64,000 bases of DNA, from IMG/VR virus record IMGVR_UViG_3300035665_000019. One strand, written 5' to 3'. This DNA comes from an uncultured virus (IMG/VR IMGVR_UViG_3300035665_000019) (Duplodnaviria; Heunggongvirae; Uroviricota; Caudoviricetes). This document shows positions 22,437 through 34,981 of the stretch, piece after piece (the stretch's first letter is position 1; each line of letters opens with the position of its first letter). The position numbers and the translations under genes are program-made. The notes under the pieces are model-generated. The model saw only the letters and a list, made by a program, of their open reading frames with translations, had not been told where the DNA came from and searched no databases.

Positions 22437-25400
22437 CTATTCTGAGTATTTAATAAATGGTTTGATACTAATTATTGCTATATTAGTTGATGCTGTTATT
22501 TGATTAATATTTTCAATTATTTTACTAGACCAAATAGAGTTATTTAAAATTACAAGAATTATTTGATTAATAGTATTGATACCAAGGACAAAAACAGTAT
22601 CGTACATAACGCAAATTCTGTATAAATCATTCAATGGAGCATTTATATTTGTCCAGGTTGCTCCGTCTTCTGACATGAATGCATTATTAGCAGTAGCAAT
22701 ATAAATTTTAGAATCTACAACAAATACATCTCGAACAATGCCAATATAAATTTTGGTAAAACTTATAGACAAATCTGTAATAGTATTATTAGATACATAT
22801 AATCCGTCATTGGTTGCCACATAAATTTTTTTGGTTATTGGTTCAACATATATACTATTTACATTCTCATTATTTTCCCCTGATTCTGTTAAAGATAGAG
22901 TATCCCAATTGTTAGTAAAAATATTAGAGTTTCTAGCAAGAGAACTTGGTATTACTGACAACTTATCATAACCGAGCAATGCGAATACCGAGTTATTAAT
23001 CTGTACTACATAAGGATTAGTCTTATTAATATTGCTCCTTAACGATACAGGTACGCTGTAATAGTCATATAATACTAATTGATCCTGATTATTATCTTTA
23101 TAATTTTGTATTCTATATAATCCACCGTTTATAGTAGAAATTATTGCAGTGGGCGCGGGGTCGTATAGACCATTATTAGTAGGATCTGGAGAGCTGCTAT
23201 GAGCTGGATAAAAGTCTATAATATCTGTAATTGTTCCTTCTGATGGTCCGGGACGGTTTGTTAATTTAACTGCATTATTATACGTAATAAATGATCTTCC
23301 TAAGTTTTTTGATATTTTTAATTTACCATTCTCTATAGTATAATAAATTTCATCTTTAAAAAAGGTGGGACCAACCTCTACATCATAAGCATATTCGGAA
23401 GTTGTTGGGGCAGAACTACTAGGAATTGCGGTAATTGTTCTTGACCAAAGAATAGCTTCCATAGCAGATTTACTAGCAGTAAAAATTGTGCCTACTCTGA
23501 TCGAATATTCAACGTCATTTTGTAGTTGATTTATTATAGTTTTTGTTACTCTAGCGCTGTTATGAAAATATTCATATGTATACGAGGCCCCTGCTTGATT
23601 TGGTTTGTATTGTACTACATAGTAGATATCTTGTGTTCTAGCAGTTGACGAAGGCGTCCAGCTTATTTCTACTGCTTGATTTTTTACAATGGCAGTTAAA
23701 TTTTTAGGGGCGCTTGGCGATACAACTTCTCCCTGAATAGGAGTAGCATAATATATAGGCGACCAGATAGTGGTATTATTAATCCCTTCTGAAGTATCGT
23801 TCAAAGCTTCTCCAACCTTTATTTCGTATGTAACATCATTCACTAAAGATGTTATTTCTGTAGTTGTTGATATGGAACTAGTCGGAATACTGCGATATGT
23901 CCAATTATTAGTATCTTTTATTCTGTATGCTAGTATGCATACTCCTATAGGAACATATGTAGTATTGTTTCCTATTACTACCTTATTTGTATACCTCCAG
24001 CTAGATCTTGCTATATTTAATTTTAATGAAATTTTATTATTTATTGCGTTAATATTTGATATGGTCATATTCGCCATAGTTGTTTTATCGCTTGATGTAG
24101 TAAATAAATAGTTTTTCGACCATATAACTTGCAAGTCCTTGATTATATCTTCTGTAAGATTAGAATCATTTATTTCTTGTTGATCAAAAATAACAGAATT
24201 ACCCGCTCCAATTTTAATTTCATATTCATCATTTTCTAAGTCAGCAAGAGTAAATTGTATTGATAAGCCTGCCCCCCCAAATTGTGACCCAAAAGAGTTA
24301 GGCGTGCCATATCCAAACTCAGTTTGATTACTAGGAATAATTTTATATGCAAAAGTGGCTCCTGGTTGATTTAATCTATATGCTATTATATAGTAATCAT
24401 CAAGCTTATTTCGCAGATATCTTGTAATGTATGGAGGATTCCATATAAGGTAAATGTGTTGATTTCCTGGCTGAGAAATAAAATCTGTATTGTTGGAAAA
24501 AGCGGTATCCCTAATGACAGGACTTGCAGGAAGATTTTTGTTACTAGATGGCATTGAGGATATTGAGGCCAGCCAATAGTTTTCAGCCTCAAAATCTTGT
24601 GGAGGAACTCTATTACCACCATTTGGAACAGGCCATCTCCCACTAAGTAGTAGAGTATCGTTACTTCCAATTTTTATTTCATACTCAATATTATTTGATA
24701 AATTTGTTAGATATTGATCTGGTATATTATCTATCCCAATATAACTAGTATCACTGCCAAGAGCATGATATAACCAAACAGAACCCTCTATTTTTGGTCT
24801 ATATGCTATCGTAGTAAATCCCCCCGTGTCCCATACTACTCTTATAGTCTCATTACCAGGGAAAGCAATTAATTCAGGAGCGGAATAGGGTATGGGTACT
24901 GTTTTGGGAGTTCCATATGTAGAAAGAGACCAGATAGTAGATTCAAAATTTTGAAAAGTTTGAACAGGAGCAGTTCCAACTTTAATTTCATATTGCGCAT
25001 TCCTAATGTTTGCTATGCTCACTTCTGTTATATTTATTGGAGTATATACATATTTGAATGCTCCGGCAGGAGTTTTATATGCAACAGCATAAAAAGAATG
25101 TCCTGATATGATATTTTGTGGAGCGGTCCAACTAATATAAAGAGTTCCGTCTCCTCCAAGAACACTTAAGTCTCTAGGGGCGTTAACACTAACACCCCCC
25201 GTTTCTCTTGGAGTAACATATACCGTATTAGAGTAATATACAGGATCCGCAAAATTTGGCTGTCCCAATATTGATTGTGATTTTGCTATACCAATTCTTA
25301 TTTTATATTGTTGGTCATTATTCAGAGATTGTAGCGCAAACATTCTGGGCGATGAGCTGGATAACTCTTTGATAATAATTCCATCTACTTCTAGTAGATA

Positions 25401-26822
25401 TAACGAATTTCCTGTTATAAGATTCGTAGGAGGTTGCCATGTGAGATCTATAAATTTATTCTTTTCAGAAGCAACTAAAGTAGGTGCTGCGGAAACACTT
25501 TGGTTTTCTGTAGGAGAAGCATATATTGGTGAAGGCGACCAGAAAGGAAAATTAGAAGTAGTTGCAGTAACTGTGCCAACCTTTATCTCGTATTCTACAT
25601 TATTCAATAAAGATGTTAAGATGGTTTTTCTATCAGTGCTTATTGGGATATATATTATATTAGCGGATTCTTCTCCTTTAGGCGCATATGATACTGTATA
25701 GTTAGTGATTGCTGTTCTAGGTTGTAGTGGAGCTTCCCAAGTGATTTCTAAACTTTCGTTGCCACTTAATGCTTTTATATTATAAGGAGCGCTAGGAAAA
25801 GATAATGCTTCTATCGGCGGCCTTGGTATTTCTGTTGGACTTGGCGTTATTGTGGGAGTAGGAGTAAATGTTGGTGTTACCGTGGGCGTCATGGTCTGTG
25901 ATTGAGTAATAAGTGGCACACCGCCGCCACCACCTGATGTATTTGCTATACTTATATTAGCTTTGATAGGATTTCTTGGCTTTGGTGTGGGTTCTGGAGG
26001 CTTAGGACACACAATATATACAGCCAAGTTATCATAATCTATTAGTTCTTGATCTATGTATAATTCTATTGTGAGATTAAAAACAGTATTAACAAGCTTT
26101 CCTCTAAAAGTTATATCAGTAGAATAATAATATTCTGAAGTAGATATATTTGAAAGAAGAATCTCAGGATTAGATATTTGCACAAAACTATTATCGCTAG
26201 AAAGTTTAATTGTATAATCTCTATTTGCATCCAATTTAATAGCATTAGCATATATTTTTGCAGAAGCGGTGGTATAATCGTTGCAGAATCCTGTAAATAT
26301 CCCGTCTAGATTAATGAATTTAGATAATTTATCGTCATGAACAGGCTTAATCCCATTCGCGGCAGAACATTTATAAACATCAAAGAAAACCTTCTCTGCA
26401 ACATCAGCATCGCTTAGAGCATTAGCATCTTGGTCATAAAAATGATAAGGAATATTATTTGAAACAAGTATATATCCATTATTTTTTTCTAAAGTTTTTA
26501 TTTGATTAAACTGATCATTAATATTTTTTAAAGATGTTATTGAATAATTTCCATTATTATCTGTTGTATATATTTTAGATGATTTTTGAAATAACGATGC
26601 TAAAGATTCAACAAAAATCCAAGGACCATCTTTAACTAGGTATGGACCAACATTATTGACCCAGACCATTGTTCCTTCATTAACTGTTACATTTCCTGTT
26701 GATGTTTGAACTACTAGGCCTGATTTATTAGAGTTTAAAGCAATATGAGAAAAAGATAATGGTAAATTTTGTCCATTATATTCTATAAGTTGTAAATTAT
26801 TTTCAATATATTGTTTGATCAT
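22437..26822 (-). CDS. Fibronectin type III repeat protein (~7 FN3) with C-terminal beta-propeller-like region, 1461 aa
   Basis: Repeated pattern P.AP..L....G...L.I.W..P ... Y.V.Y ... L.N...YEIKVG at ~23420-25795. Asp-box-like ISKNLGRSF and MSEDGATW near the C-terminus. Confidence 0.85.
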   Translation of the reverse strand: MIKQYIENNLQLIEYNGQNLPLSFSHIALNSNKSGLVVQTSTGNVTVNEGTMVWVNNVGPYLVKDGPWIFVESLASLFQKSSKIYTTDNNGNYSITSLKNINDQFNQIKTLEKNNGYILVSNNIPYHFYDQDANALSDADVAEKVFFDVYKCSAANGIKPVHDDKLSKFINLDGIFTGFCNDYTTASAKIYANAIKLDANRDYTIKLSSDNSFVQISNPEILLSNISTSEYYYSTDITFRGKLVNTVFNLTIELYIDQELIDYDNLAVYIVCPKPPEPTPKPRNPIKANISIANTSGGGGGVPLITQSQTMTPTVTPTFTPTPTITPSPTEIPRPPIEALSFPSAPYNIKALSGNESLEITWEAPLQPRTAITNYTVSYAPKGEESANIIYIPISTDRKTILTSLLNNVEYEIKVGTVTATTSNFPFWSPSPIYASPTENQSVSAAPTLVASEKNKFIDLTWQPPTNLITGNSLYLLEVDGIIIKELSSSSPRMFALQSLNNDQQYKIRIGIAKSQSILGQPNFADPVYYSNTVYVTPRETGGVSVNAPRDLSVLGGDGTLYISWTAPQNIISGHSFYAVAYKTPAGAFKYVYTPINITEVSIANIRNAQYEIKVGTAPVQTFQNFESTIWSLSTYGTPKTVPIPYSAPELIAFPGNETIRVVWDTGGFTTIAYRPKIEGSVWLYHALGSDTSYIGIDNIPDQYLTNLSNNIEYEIKIGSNDTLLLSGRWPVPNGGNRVPPQDFEAENYWLASISSMPSSNKNLPASPVIRDTAFSNNTDFISQPGNQHIYLIWNPPYITRYLRNKLDDYYIIAYRLNQPGATFAYKIIPSNQTEFGYGTPNSFGSQFGGAGLSIQFTLADLENDEYEIKIGAGNSVIFDQQEINDSNLTEDIIKDLQVIWSKNYLFTTSSDKTTMANMTISNINAINNKISLKLNIARSSWRYTNKVVIGNNTTYVPIGVCILAYRIKDTNNWTYRSIPTSSISTTTEITSLVNDVTYEIKVGEALNDTSEGINNTTIWSPIYYATPIQGEVVSPSAPKNLTAIVKNQAVEISWTPSSTARTQDIYYVVQYKPNQAGASYTYEYFHNSARVTKTIINQLQNDVEYSIRVGTIFTASKSAMEAILWSRTITAIPSSSAPTTSEYAYDVEVGPTFFKDEIYYTIENGKLKISKNLGRSFITYNNAVKLTNRPGPSEGTITDIIDFYPAHSSSPDPTNNGLYDPAPTAIISTINGGLYRIQNYKDNNQDQLVLYDYYSVPVSLRSNINKTNPYVVQINNSVFALLGYDKLSVIPSSLARNSNIFTNNWDTLSLTESGENNENVNSIYVEPITKKIYVATNDGLYVSNNTITDLSISFTKIYIGIVRDVFVVDSKIYIATANNAFMSEDGATWTNINAPLNDLYRICVMYDTVFVLGINTINQIILVILNNSIWSSKIIENINQITASTNIAIISIKPFIKYSE

Positions 26823-26835
26823 TTTATAATCCTAA

Positions 26836-29800
26836 TTAAAATATTATATCTGAGGACCAATTACTAAATCCAGAATTAGACTCATTTGTTCCGACGCTAA
26901 AGAATTTCATTCTATATTTAAGTCTACGATCTATAGAAATCGAGCTACCAAGATCCTTTAAGATATTAGGCCTAATATCACTAACACCTACTGTTACCCA
27001 CTTGTTCACCTGTGGAGCCCATCCTTGTACAAAAATATGTCCTCCATAAGTATTATAACTATACACATATATTGAATTAGTGGTAGTACTAACATTAGCT
27101 GTTGGAACACTTAGATTTGTATTTATAGGATATTTATCAAGAGGTTCGTTTCCTATTCCAAGAGTTGAGTTAAAGCTAACGTCTGGTCCTACAAATGAAG
27201 CACCATCAATATTGATATTTCTTCTATATATTGGTCTAATTCCCGCTAATCTATTATGAATATTTATAATTTCACTACCTAATAGTAAACCAGTTTGAAG
27301 GTTAAATTGGGAAATCTCATCAGAATCATATACTGGCATGCCAGCAAAGTTAAATGCGTGCTTGTCAATGGTTGATGTACTAATAAAAAAGTTGTTGTTG
27401 CCGGCCATGCCGGGCGGTGGGTTTCCTGGAGATGCTGCTACTTCCTTAAATATTCCATCTTGAGATGAATTACTGATATATCCTGGTAATGCATAAGTAT
27501 TTATCTGATCAAGACCAGCAACTGCTAAGTTGGGGTATATATAATAACCATACACACTAAAAGCATTAATTAGTTTATTTCTAAGTGTTACTCGATATAA
27601 ATTTGGATTAAAAATTATGGGAGGAGAAACGCTTGTCATGCTATTTTCAGTGAAAGTTAATAATGAAATTGGTGCTATAGTAGTAAAAATATAAGGAGGC
27701 ACAATATTCATAGAATTATTATAAGAATATACGCCGTATCTTAACGGAGTTGCCCCTGCAGTAGGAGATATTGTGTTATAAGACCATGACCCATAAGTGT
27801 CTGCTTGATTCGTCTTGCTTCTAATTCTGATATATTGTCTTGGTTCTGGAGACGGTAACCCTGATCCTCTTTTAGATTTCATGCCAGCATTATAATCAGC
27901 AGTAGACCCGGAAACATTATTAATAAATGTATAAGGTATCCAATTTATATTATCATCAGAATCCTGAATTTCAGTAGTCAAATTATATTGAGCCTCATCT
28001 ATATTGTATAGTAGTATTGTTCTGCCATTGTGCGTTGGCAAACTTGTCTCAAAATATTCGGCACCATCAACAACCATGAACATGGGAGGTTGTGGTACTG
28101 GTAATACTGGAGCAGATCTCGGAGTGATTGGCGATGAAGGATTAGAGTAAGTGCCCAAACCAGCACTATTAACACCAGCTACCCTAAATATATAAGAATT
28201 AGATGGAGACAAGCCAATAACGGTAAATTGAGTGAACGAATCCTGATACTGACGACCATGAGTTGTAAAAGTTGAACCGCCATCAATTGAAAATTGTATT
28301 CTATAATTAAATATAGGGCTTGATCCTGTATCTGATGGAACATTCCAGCTCAAATTAACTAATTCATAACCAGTATTATTGGTGGCGACCAAAGATAAAG
28401 GAGCGCTAGCAGTTCTTGGTAGAATAGTTTCTGTTGGAGATGGGGTAACTGTTGGAGTTGCTGTTTTTGTTGGCGTAACTGTGCGTGTTGTGGTCCTTGT
28501 TGGAGTAACTGTTTGAGTTCCTGTTCTTGTTTGTGTAACTGTTTGAGTTGGAGTTTTAGTTGGAGTAATAGATGGTGTAGGAGTTGCTGTGGGTGTGAGT
28601 GTCGGAGTCGCAGTTTGTTGTATAACTGCTGTTGGATTGAGCGTTTTATTGATAAAGCATTGTTGTGATGCGGAAAACTCAGAAGTTTTAAATGGCAACT
28701 TATAAACTTGCCCAGGCAATATTGTACTTATACCATATTGTCCTTCTTTTATTCCAAAATCAGATTTAGCCTCGACTAAACCAACAAAAGACTTAATATA
28801 AATATACAAATTATATTCATTATCAGTTATATATATACGATCAAATGTCTCTTGAACTTTAGTTGCAAATACAGATGTTCCAATAACGGTATTTTTAATA
28901 ACAAAAGGAATTAAGGTAGTACTAGCGACTATATTACTGTCATTAGAAACACCAAGACGATACATGGTATTGTCGCTTTCTTTAACGGCATACAATATGT
29001 TATCTAGTGATACATTCGAATATTCACAAGATTTCCATGTTTCAAAATCAACCGCATTAAACGTACCCGTATTCCATTGATAAGTATAAAGAGTTCCAGT
29101 ATTTGTGATGTAAGCAGCTTGTATATTGGTGGTGGGGCCAGAACTGTAACTAATACTACCTACCGCTATATCTTTTACTAATGTTGTGGTTGCCTCTCCT
29201 CCATCTCCTATTGATCCAGTATCTGTGCGCATAATTCTAAGTGTGTCATCTTCTAAGATACCCAAACCAAAAAATTCGCTTAATAAGGACGAATTTAACC
29301 ATGTGGTCAATACTAATTGTTTCCATTTTAGATTGCTACAGCGTTGAAGTCTGATATTATCGCTAGAAACTTTATTAATATTTGGGAATATTTTAGATAT
29401 TGGCATGATAGTACTTATAGGCTTTCGAGTACCAAAACACGCATTAAGGTTATGATCTCTATCTATGCCATAAATCATAACAGATTCATTATCAGACGAT
29501 TTATTTAAACCAAACGTATTTGATATAGAGGAGTCTACGTCTGTATAAGCTATAGTTAATGGTCCACTATTATAGTTTCCTCCACTATTAAGCATGGTAA
29601 AATTACCATATATTGGTAGTATCCTACTACCAGAAAAATTATTATTATAGCCCAAAGTCAATATTGGTCCAGATAAGGCGTATTTGAACATTGGAGGAAA
29701 TACTGGCGTACTTGTGGCTTGGCTGGTATTATTTCCTATGGGTATAAAATACATTCTACCAGCAGCATCTACTCCTAATCCATCTTTTAATCTTGACCAT

Positions 29801-32800
29801 AATATGTCTCCGAAAGCCGGAGTAAATATTGTTTTGTTCCCCTTGTCTTCAAACATAAAATCAGAATAGTAACGACTATCATCATCCTTGACAAAATAAA
29901 GATCAGAATCAATATTATGAAAAGATGGTCTAGATGGTTTGACAAACGAATTACTATATATATGATTATTTTTTGTAATTTTAAAATCAAATATTCTTGC
30001 ATTACAATTTGGAAAATTAACAGAATAATTTGTTGCAGAACCTACGGACATATATGAAAGACCTTGACTTGTTGGAGCAACGAAGGCGGATTCTCCGCTA
30101 AGACTTACATCTGATTGCATTGAGCCATCTATAAACATTCTCCATCTTGATGTAACATCATTAATTTTTTCACAATTAATAACAATGTGATGCCAGTTTG
30201 TATCGTTTACAGGATTTAAAGAAGATAGGAGTGGTACGTTTCCAGATTGATAATTATATGCTGTAAAAAACAATTTATCCTGAGTATCGAACAATAAAGC
30301 AAAAGACCCTCGATATGATCTTCCGCCTCTTGCAAATATGCCCCTGTTACTATTAATAGCTTTATTTTTTATCCAAAACTCTATACAAAAAGAAACATTG
30401 GAAAAAGTATGAGCTAGTATACCATTGGATAAAGCAGCAGTATCAAATGGAGCATTATCATTTACTAATAAATACCAATTTGATATATCATAACTATTTA
30501 GACCGCTAATAGTTCCAAATGGAGTATCGCTACTTAGATCGCTAACAATAAGATCTGAGCTTACCCCAGGAAAACTAGTTGATAAAGAGCCAGTTAAATA
30601 TTTTAATACTGGATAATGATAAGAAGAATGATCGACAACAACCGGTATAGTATTTTCTCCTTTAAGCCATAAAGTAATTGATGTATCAGGAATACTCGTT
30701 GTGGTGGGTGTAGGAGTAATGGTTGGAGTAGCTGTATTTGTTACTGTAACTGATGGGGTAACTGTCTTAGTTGGACTAATAGTTGGGGTGCTAGTAGGAG
30801 TAGGACTCATCGTGGCTGTTTGGGTATTTGTATTTGTATTGGTTGGCGTATTAGTTTGAGTCGGACTCACTGTTTTAGTCACAGTAGGAGTAGATGTTAT
30901 CGTGGCTGTTGGAGTTCTTGTGGTAGTTGTTGTCGGAGTCTGAGTTAATGTTGGAGTATTTGTAGGTGTAGAGGTTGCTGTTGATGTTATTGTAACTGTT
31001 GGAGTCGGAACAGGGTGATCGACAAAAGCTCTGGCTGGACTCATATTCAAATATAAACTTTGGCCGTTATCACAAGCACCAAAGTCAAGAATATTATTGT
31101 ATGAACCAGTATATGGCGCCCCAACAGTTGACAACTGCAAAATATTATTGACTTTCCATAAGTATGTACTTGATAAATATGAAGTAAATAAATTAGTTGT
31201 TGAACCAACGCACGATGGAGCAACTGTTCCGATGTAACATAATACTTGATTGTTGCTATTGTCTTTTAACAATATGTATCTGTCTTTGATGGTGCTTACG
31301 GTATGATTAGCCGGAATACTTATCTCTCCGAATACATTCACCGTAGCTATTCTACCCAAATTACTCAATGCTCCAGCAGAAAATACCTTGCCATTAGCTC
31401 CGATTAAATATACGTTAGTATTTGTATTGGATGCCGATACTATGGACGTACCTATAGTAATAGAAGACGGATAAGAAGCTACTCCAGACGATATGCTAGA
31501 ATAATATATACGATTAATATTATCTATATCTTTAATTAATAAGTATATACCTGATGTTACATTACTATCCGAAGCTGCCGATATTGTATGCACGCTTAGT
31601 ATATTAGTATTCCTTGGTAATTTCCTATTGCCAGCAAAAGCAAATTCTATCACTGTTCCTTCTTTATTTACAAAAATAAGAGCTTTTTCTTGGTTCTCTG
31701 ATTCTACTAATGCTAAACATCCATGATTGGTTCTGGTGCTAGATGACGTTAAAGCTAATGGAGCAATATCTCTCAGTTTAGTTATATTGGATGAAAAAGT
31801 TATATTTGTAATTAGATTTTGTGTTATAACACTTGCAGCTACTCCGTCATCGTAAATTGCTATATTTCTATTAAAAAGAGTCTTGTCAGTAATTCCCACA
31901 AATACTGTTTGCTGACCAGAAAAATTGGATATAGCTATGGGATTATTACATTCTCTAGTGTCTAATAATTCTATTAGATCTTTAGACAGCTCATTATCTC
32001 CAGTAGCATAAGGAGAAGTCTTTATTTCTCCAAAAGAATAATCTGCTGTTCCAGCAAATTTTCTTAATAGTCTATTATTAGTAGTTCCATTAGCTCCAGC
32101 GCTTAATACTCTATGAGTTTGTGAGGATTTCAGATACTTACCAATGAACATAGTTTTTGTTGGAGAACTTGGAATATACGTAGTAAGTCCTGCTAAAACC
32201 ATATTTGTTGGACTACTAATAGTATAGTCTACGAATATATTATTAATAACATCGAAAGAGCAAACACTATTACTGTCAACAGAGTCAAAAAAGGTATTTC
32301 TTGCTAACTGTGCTACGTCATTTCTCCCAACACTAATCAAAGCATCAACCATTGTAGATGGAGTAGGCGTTGACGTATAAGTGGGAGTTGGAGTAATTGT
32401 AGGAGTGATTGTTGATGTTGGTGTTATGGTAGTGGTTTGTGTTGGCGTAGAAGTATTAGTAGGAGTTATAGTCGGTGTTGCTGTTAAAGAGGGTGATATT
32501 GTGGGTGTTACAGATACGGATGGGCTAACAGTTGGAGTTTGAGTAGCTGTTTGGGTGACTGTTGGCGTTATAGTTTGTGTTGCTGTTGTTGTTGGTGTTA
32601 TGGTTTGTGTTGCTGTATTAGTTGGAGTAAATGTGGGGGTTGGCGTTACTGTTTGGGTTCCACGAGGAGTTTTTGTTGGAGTACTAGTAGGAGTACTTGT
32701 TCTTGTCCTTGTTGGTGTTCTTGTTGGATAGGCCGGTAACGTTGATGTTGGAGTTTTCGTAGGTGTCGGAAGTGGTGGACAAAAATCTCTATCACACAAA

Positions 32801-34269
32801 TTTATTTCTAATGTATTAGTTGCACTAATGTTATTATCAATATTAGTTACTTTTACATAAATAATAGATCTAATCCTATCAGATATTGACATGAATGATT
32901 CAATGCAATACGAAGAATATCCTAGAGGAAGGATTCCGGCAGAAGAATCAAATGTGATAAATTCTGTTTTTAATAAATCTTGTGGGTTATCAGGATTAGC
33001 GTGTCCATATTCTATAACTCCTAATTCATAAATATAATTTGATGTTTCTGAAAGATTGGATGCTGTAAATTTAATAGGGGTTTTTAAACAAGAACCATAA
33101 TCACAAAAATTAATATTGAGTATCGGAGCATCAGCAAATGATACACTATGTTGCTTCGGCGTAGGAGTTAATGTTGGAGTTGGGGTCGGTAAATTTAATG
33201 ATGTTGGAGATATACTGAAACAATATTTATCTACGCTGATTACTGCTCCATTACTTGGATTAATTAATGATGCTTGTATCTCATAAAATCCATAAGAACT
33301 ATCTTGTTGACGTAATTTAGGAGGATGCATATATAGAATATTATTAATATATACATTATCCTTAACACTCTTAATTCTTTTTATTCTTTTATCTATCACA
33401 AATAATTTACGACGAACGATATCTTCAGAATTAGGAACAATAGTAAATGTATTGGATTCTATATTATATTTGTATATTCCATTGACATTATTGTAAGATT
33501 CTACAAAATAGTATAGTTGATTGTGCTTAATAAAAAGACTATTATTAGATAAAAATTCAGAATTTAAAGAAAGTTCATTCTCTGTGTTTGATAAAACGTC
33601 GATATCTCTAAGTACAAAATCATAAACATCATAATACTCAGCATCACCAGCAAGAATAAAATCTAATTTTAATATGTATTCTTTGCTAACAGAACTTGGA
33701 GTAAGCTTAGTAGTAAAAACAACAGGTCTGAAATCAAAACTATTAGCCAGGTCTAGAGATATAACATTGTTTATAGGGTCTAGTGACGATCCATCTGAAC
33801 TAGAAAAGTTCTTTTGAATAATCTCCATATCGAACAATATAGACGAATCAAAAGACTGTTCTGTAGAATACCAAATATATGGTAAACTAGCATTTTCCTT
33901 GGAAACAATAATGTATGTTTCGTTAGGTGTTATCGTAGTGAATTGATTAAAATTATCTAATAAACCAAAATATACTTCATAAGCAGAATTTTTATTGACT
34001 TTATAAATTTTTTGTACATTTTTAAAAAATGACTCATAATATTTACTGAGAATATTATTTTTAAAGATATACAATCCATTTTCATTAGGATTAGACTGAG
34101 TACTTAGAAGAACTAATTGATTGTTTTGAATACCATTAGCTATTGCAAAACTAATATTATTAGAAATATTGACAGCATAAGAAAAAGTATAATCAGGCAC
34201 TAGGCTTATGTCTTCTGTTCCCTTGTACTGGATAATTTGTATTGGTTTAGTTATATGCTGTTCGTACAT
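26836..34269 (-). CDS. Giant adhesin-like protein, 2477 aa: Thr/Pro linkers, LamG/concanavalin-A-like domain, FN3 domain
   Basis: LamG motifs [27 protein letters not shown] (~29950-30680). FN3 segment SAPLSLVAT...[22 protein letters not shown]...[17 protein letters not shown] (~28125-28410). Three long TPT tracts. Confidence 0.85.
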   Translation of the reverse strand: MYEQHITKPIQIIQYKGTEDISLVPDYTFSYAVNISNNISFAIANGIQNNQLVLLSTQSNPNENGLYIFKNNILSKYYESFFKNVQKIYKVNKNSAYEVYFGLLDNFNQFTTITPNETYIIVSKENASLPYIWYSTEQSFDSSILFDMEIIQKNFSSSDGSSLDPINNVISLDLANSFDFRPVVFTTKLTPSSVSKEYILKLDFILAGDAEYYDVYDFVLRDIDVLSNTENELSLNSEFLSNNSLFIKHNQLYYFVESYNNVNGIYKYNIESNTFTIVPNSEDIVRRKLFVIDKRIKRIKSVKDNVYINNILYMHPPKLRQQDSSYGFYEIQASLINPSNGAVISVDKYCFSISPTSLNLPTPTPTLTPTPKQHSVSFADAPILNINFCDYGSCLKTPIKFTASNLSETSNYIYELGVIEYGHANPDNPQDLLKTEFITFDSSAGILPLGYSSYCIESFMSISDRIRSIIYVKVTNIDNNISATNTLEINLCDRDFCPPLPTPTKTPTSTLPAYPTRTPTRTRTSTPTSTPTKTPRGTQTVTPTPTFTPTNTATQTITPTTTATQTITPTVTQTATQTPTVSPSVSVTPTISPSLTATPTITPTNTSTPTQTTTITPTSTITPTITPTPTYTSTPTPSTMVDALISVGRNDVAQLARNTFFDSVDSNSVCSFDVINNIFVDYTISSPTNMVLAGLTTYIPSSPTKTMFIGKYLKSSQTHRVLSAGANGTTNNRLLRKFAGTADYSFGEIKTSPYATGDNELSKDLIELLDTRECNNPIAISNFSGQQTVFVGITDKTLFNRNIAIYDDGVAASVITQNLITNITFSSNITKLRDIAPLALTSSSTRTNHGCLALVESENQEKALIFVNKEGTVIEFAFAGNRKLPRNTNILSVHTISAASDSNVTSGIYLLIKDIDNINRIYYSSISSGVASYPSSITIGTSIVSASNTNTNVYLIGANGKVFSAGALSNLGRIATVNVFGEISIPANHTVSTIKDRYILLKDNSNNQVLCYIGTVAPSCVGSTTNLFTSYLSSTYLWKVNNILQLSTVGAPYTGSYNNILDFGACDNGQSLYLNMSPARAFVDHPVPTPTVTITSTATSTPTNTPTLTQTPTTTTTRTPTATITSTPTVTKTVSPTQTNTPTNTNTNTQTATMSPTPTSTPTISPTKTVTPSVTVTNTATPTITPTPTTTSIPDTSITLWLKGENTIPVVVDHSSYHYPVLKYLTGSLSTSFPGVSSDLIVSDLSSDTPFGTISGLNSYDISNWYLLVNDNAPFDTAALSNGILAHTFSNVSFCIEFWIKNKAINSNRGIFARGGRSYRGSFALLFDTQDKLFFTAYNYQSGNVPLLSSLNPVNDTNWHHIVINCEKINDVTSRWRMFIDGSMQSDVSLSGESAFVAPTSQGLSYMSVGSATNYSVNFPNCNARIFDFKITKNNHIYSNSFVKPSRPSFHNIDSDLYFVKDDDSRYYSDFMFEDKGNKTIFTPAFGDILWSRLKDGLGVDAAGRMYFIPIGNNTSQATSTPVFPPMFKYALSGPILTLGYNNNFSGSRILPIYGNFTMLNSGGNYNSGPLTIAYTDVDSSISNTFGLNKSSDNESVMIYGIDRDHNLNACFGTRKPISTIMPISKIFPNINKVSSDNIRLQRCSNLKWKQLVLTTWLNSSLLSEFFGLGILEDDTLRIMRTDTGSIGDGGEATTTLVKDIAVGSISYSSGPTTNIQAAYITNTGTLYTYQWNTGTFNAVDFETWKSCEYSNVSLDNILYAVKESDNTMYRLGVSNDSNIVASTTLIPFVIKNTVIGTSVFATKVQETFDRIYITDNEYNLYIYIKSFVGLVEAKSDFGIKEGQYGISTILPGQVYKLPFKTSEFSASQQCFINKTLNPTAVIQQTATPTLTPTATPTPSITPTKTPTQTVTQTRTGTQTVTPTRTTTRTVTPTKTATPTVTPSPTETILPRTASAPLSLVATNNTGYELVNLSWNVPSDTGSSPIFNYRIQFSIDGGSTFTTHGRQYQDSFTQFTVIGLSPSNSYIFRVAGVNSAGLGTYSNPSSPITPRSAPVLPVPQPPMFMVVDGAEYFETSLPTHNGRTILLYNIDEAQYNLTTEIQDSDDNINWIPYTFINNVSGSTADYNAGMKSKRGSGLPSPEPRQYIRIRSKTNQADTYGSWSYNTISPTAGATPLRYGVYSYNNSMNIVPPYIFTTIAPISLLTFTENSMTSVSPPIIFNPNLYRVTLRNKLINAFSVYGYYIYPNLAVAGLDQINTYALPGYISNSSQDGIFKEVAASPGNPPPGMAGNNNFFISTSTIDKHAFNFAGMPVYDSDEISQFNLQTGLLLGSEIINIHNRLAGIRPIYRRNINIDGASFVGPDVSFNSTLGIGNEPLDKYPINTNLSVPTANVSTTTNSIYVYSYNTYGGHIFVQGWAPQVNKWVTVGVSDIRPNILKDLGSSISIDRRLKYRMKFFSVGTNESNSGFSNWSSDIIF

Positions 34270-34271
34270 TA

Positions 34272-34949
34272 TTATAGTGTTTCTATTATTAGTTTACCAA
34301 GTTGACCGTTATCGTATGATCCTGGACCTAATAGGCCATCTAATGGATAAAAAGTAGTATCGTCAATATAATAAACAAATTCAAAAGACATTGTTGATTT
34401 ATAATCAGATATTAATGATATTCTTGCTATGTGTGTTTTTGTTACAACTTCTTCGAAAGGCGGCGCGGTGGCCTTTCTTCTTTGTTCAATAAAAATATTA
34501 TAAGATATCGGTAGTCCCTCAACAATTGGCACGGGATTGAACCTGATTGCATTTTTCTTAGCAGAAGTGAGAGTTATCCCATAAGCCGAATTGGTACAAA
34601 TATCTGCACAATTTTCGGGTATTGATAATGAAAATTTATATAATCCCAGAGATGGACTAGAAGAGTCTGAGCATATGACTGTTGGAGCATACATTATAAT
34701 ATCCCCTCCTAATGTTTTCGAATATAAATTTCCTGTGATAGCGTTAAAGACCAACTCTCCAATATCAAGATCTTCCCCACAAGGATGATTTGATGTAGTA
34801 ACATCTCTTTTTATCAATAACTTGTTTTGTGATGCACCAAATTGATTGGCTAAATTTTCCCAATTAACATTTGGAGGTGGATTTTGCCCCAGTATATGCG
34901 GCTGATTAGGGTCAAATACTGGAGCTTCTTGATCGTCAGGCCATCCCAT
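34272..34949 (-). CDS. Hypothetical fibre-associated protein, 225 aa
   Basis: GAGGT SD upstream. The motif LLIKR...[17 protein letters not shown] resembles N-terminal motifs of phage fibre proteins. Confidence 0.6.
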   Translation of the reverse strand: MGWPDDQEAPVFDPNQPHILGQNPPPNVNWENLANQFGASQNKLLIKRDVTTSNHPCGEDLDIGELVFNAITGNLYSKTLGGDIIMYAPTVICSDSSSPSLGLYKFSLSIPENCADICTNSAYGITLTSAKKNAIRFNPVPIVEGLPISYNIFIEQRRKATAPPFEEVVTKTHIARISLISDYKSTMSFEFVYYIDDTTFYPLDGLLGPGSYDNGQLGKLIIETL

Positions 34950-34962
34950 TTTTACCTCTTTA

Positions 34963-34976
34963 CTTTAAAGTACACC
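34963..34976 (-). promoter_or_regulatory. Putative late-promoter motif GGTGTACTTTAAAG
   Basis: Intergenic copy of RGTGTA-NNT-WAW upstream of the 225-aa gene. Confidence 0.5.
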
Positions 34977-34981
34977 TTGCA

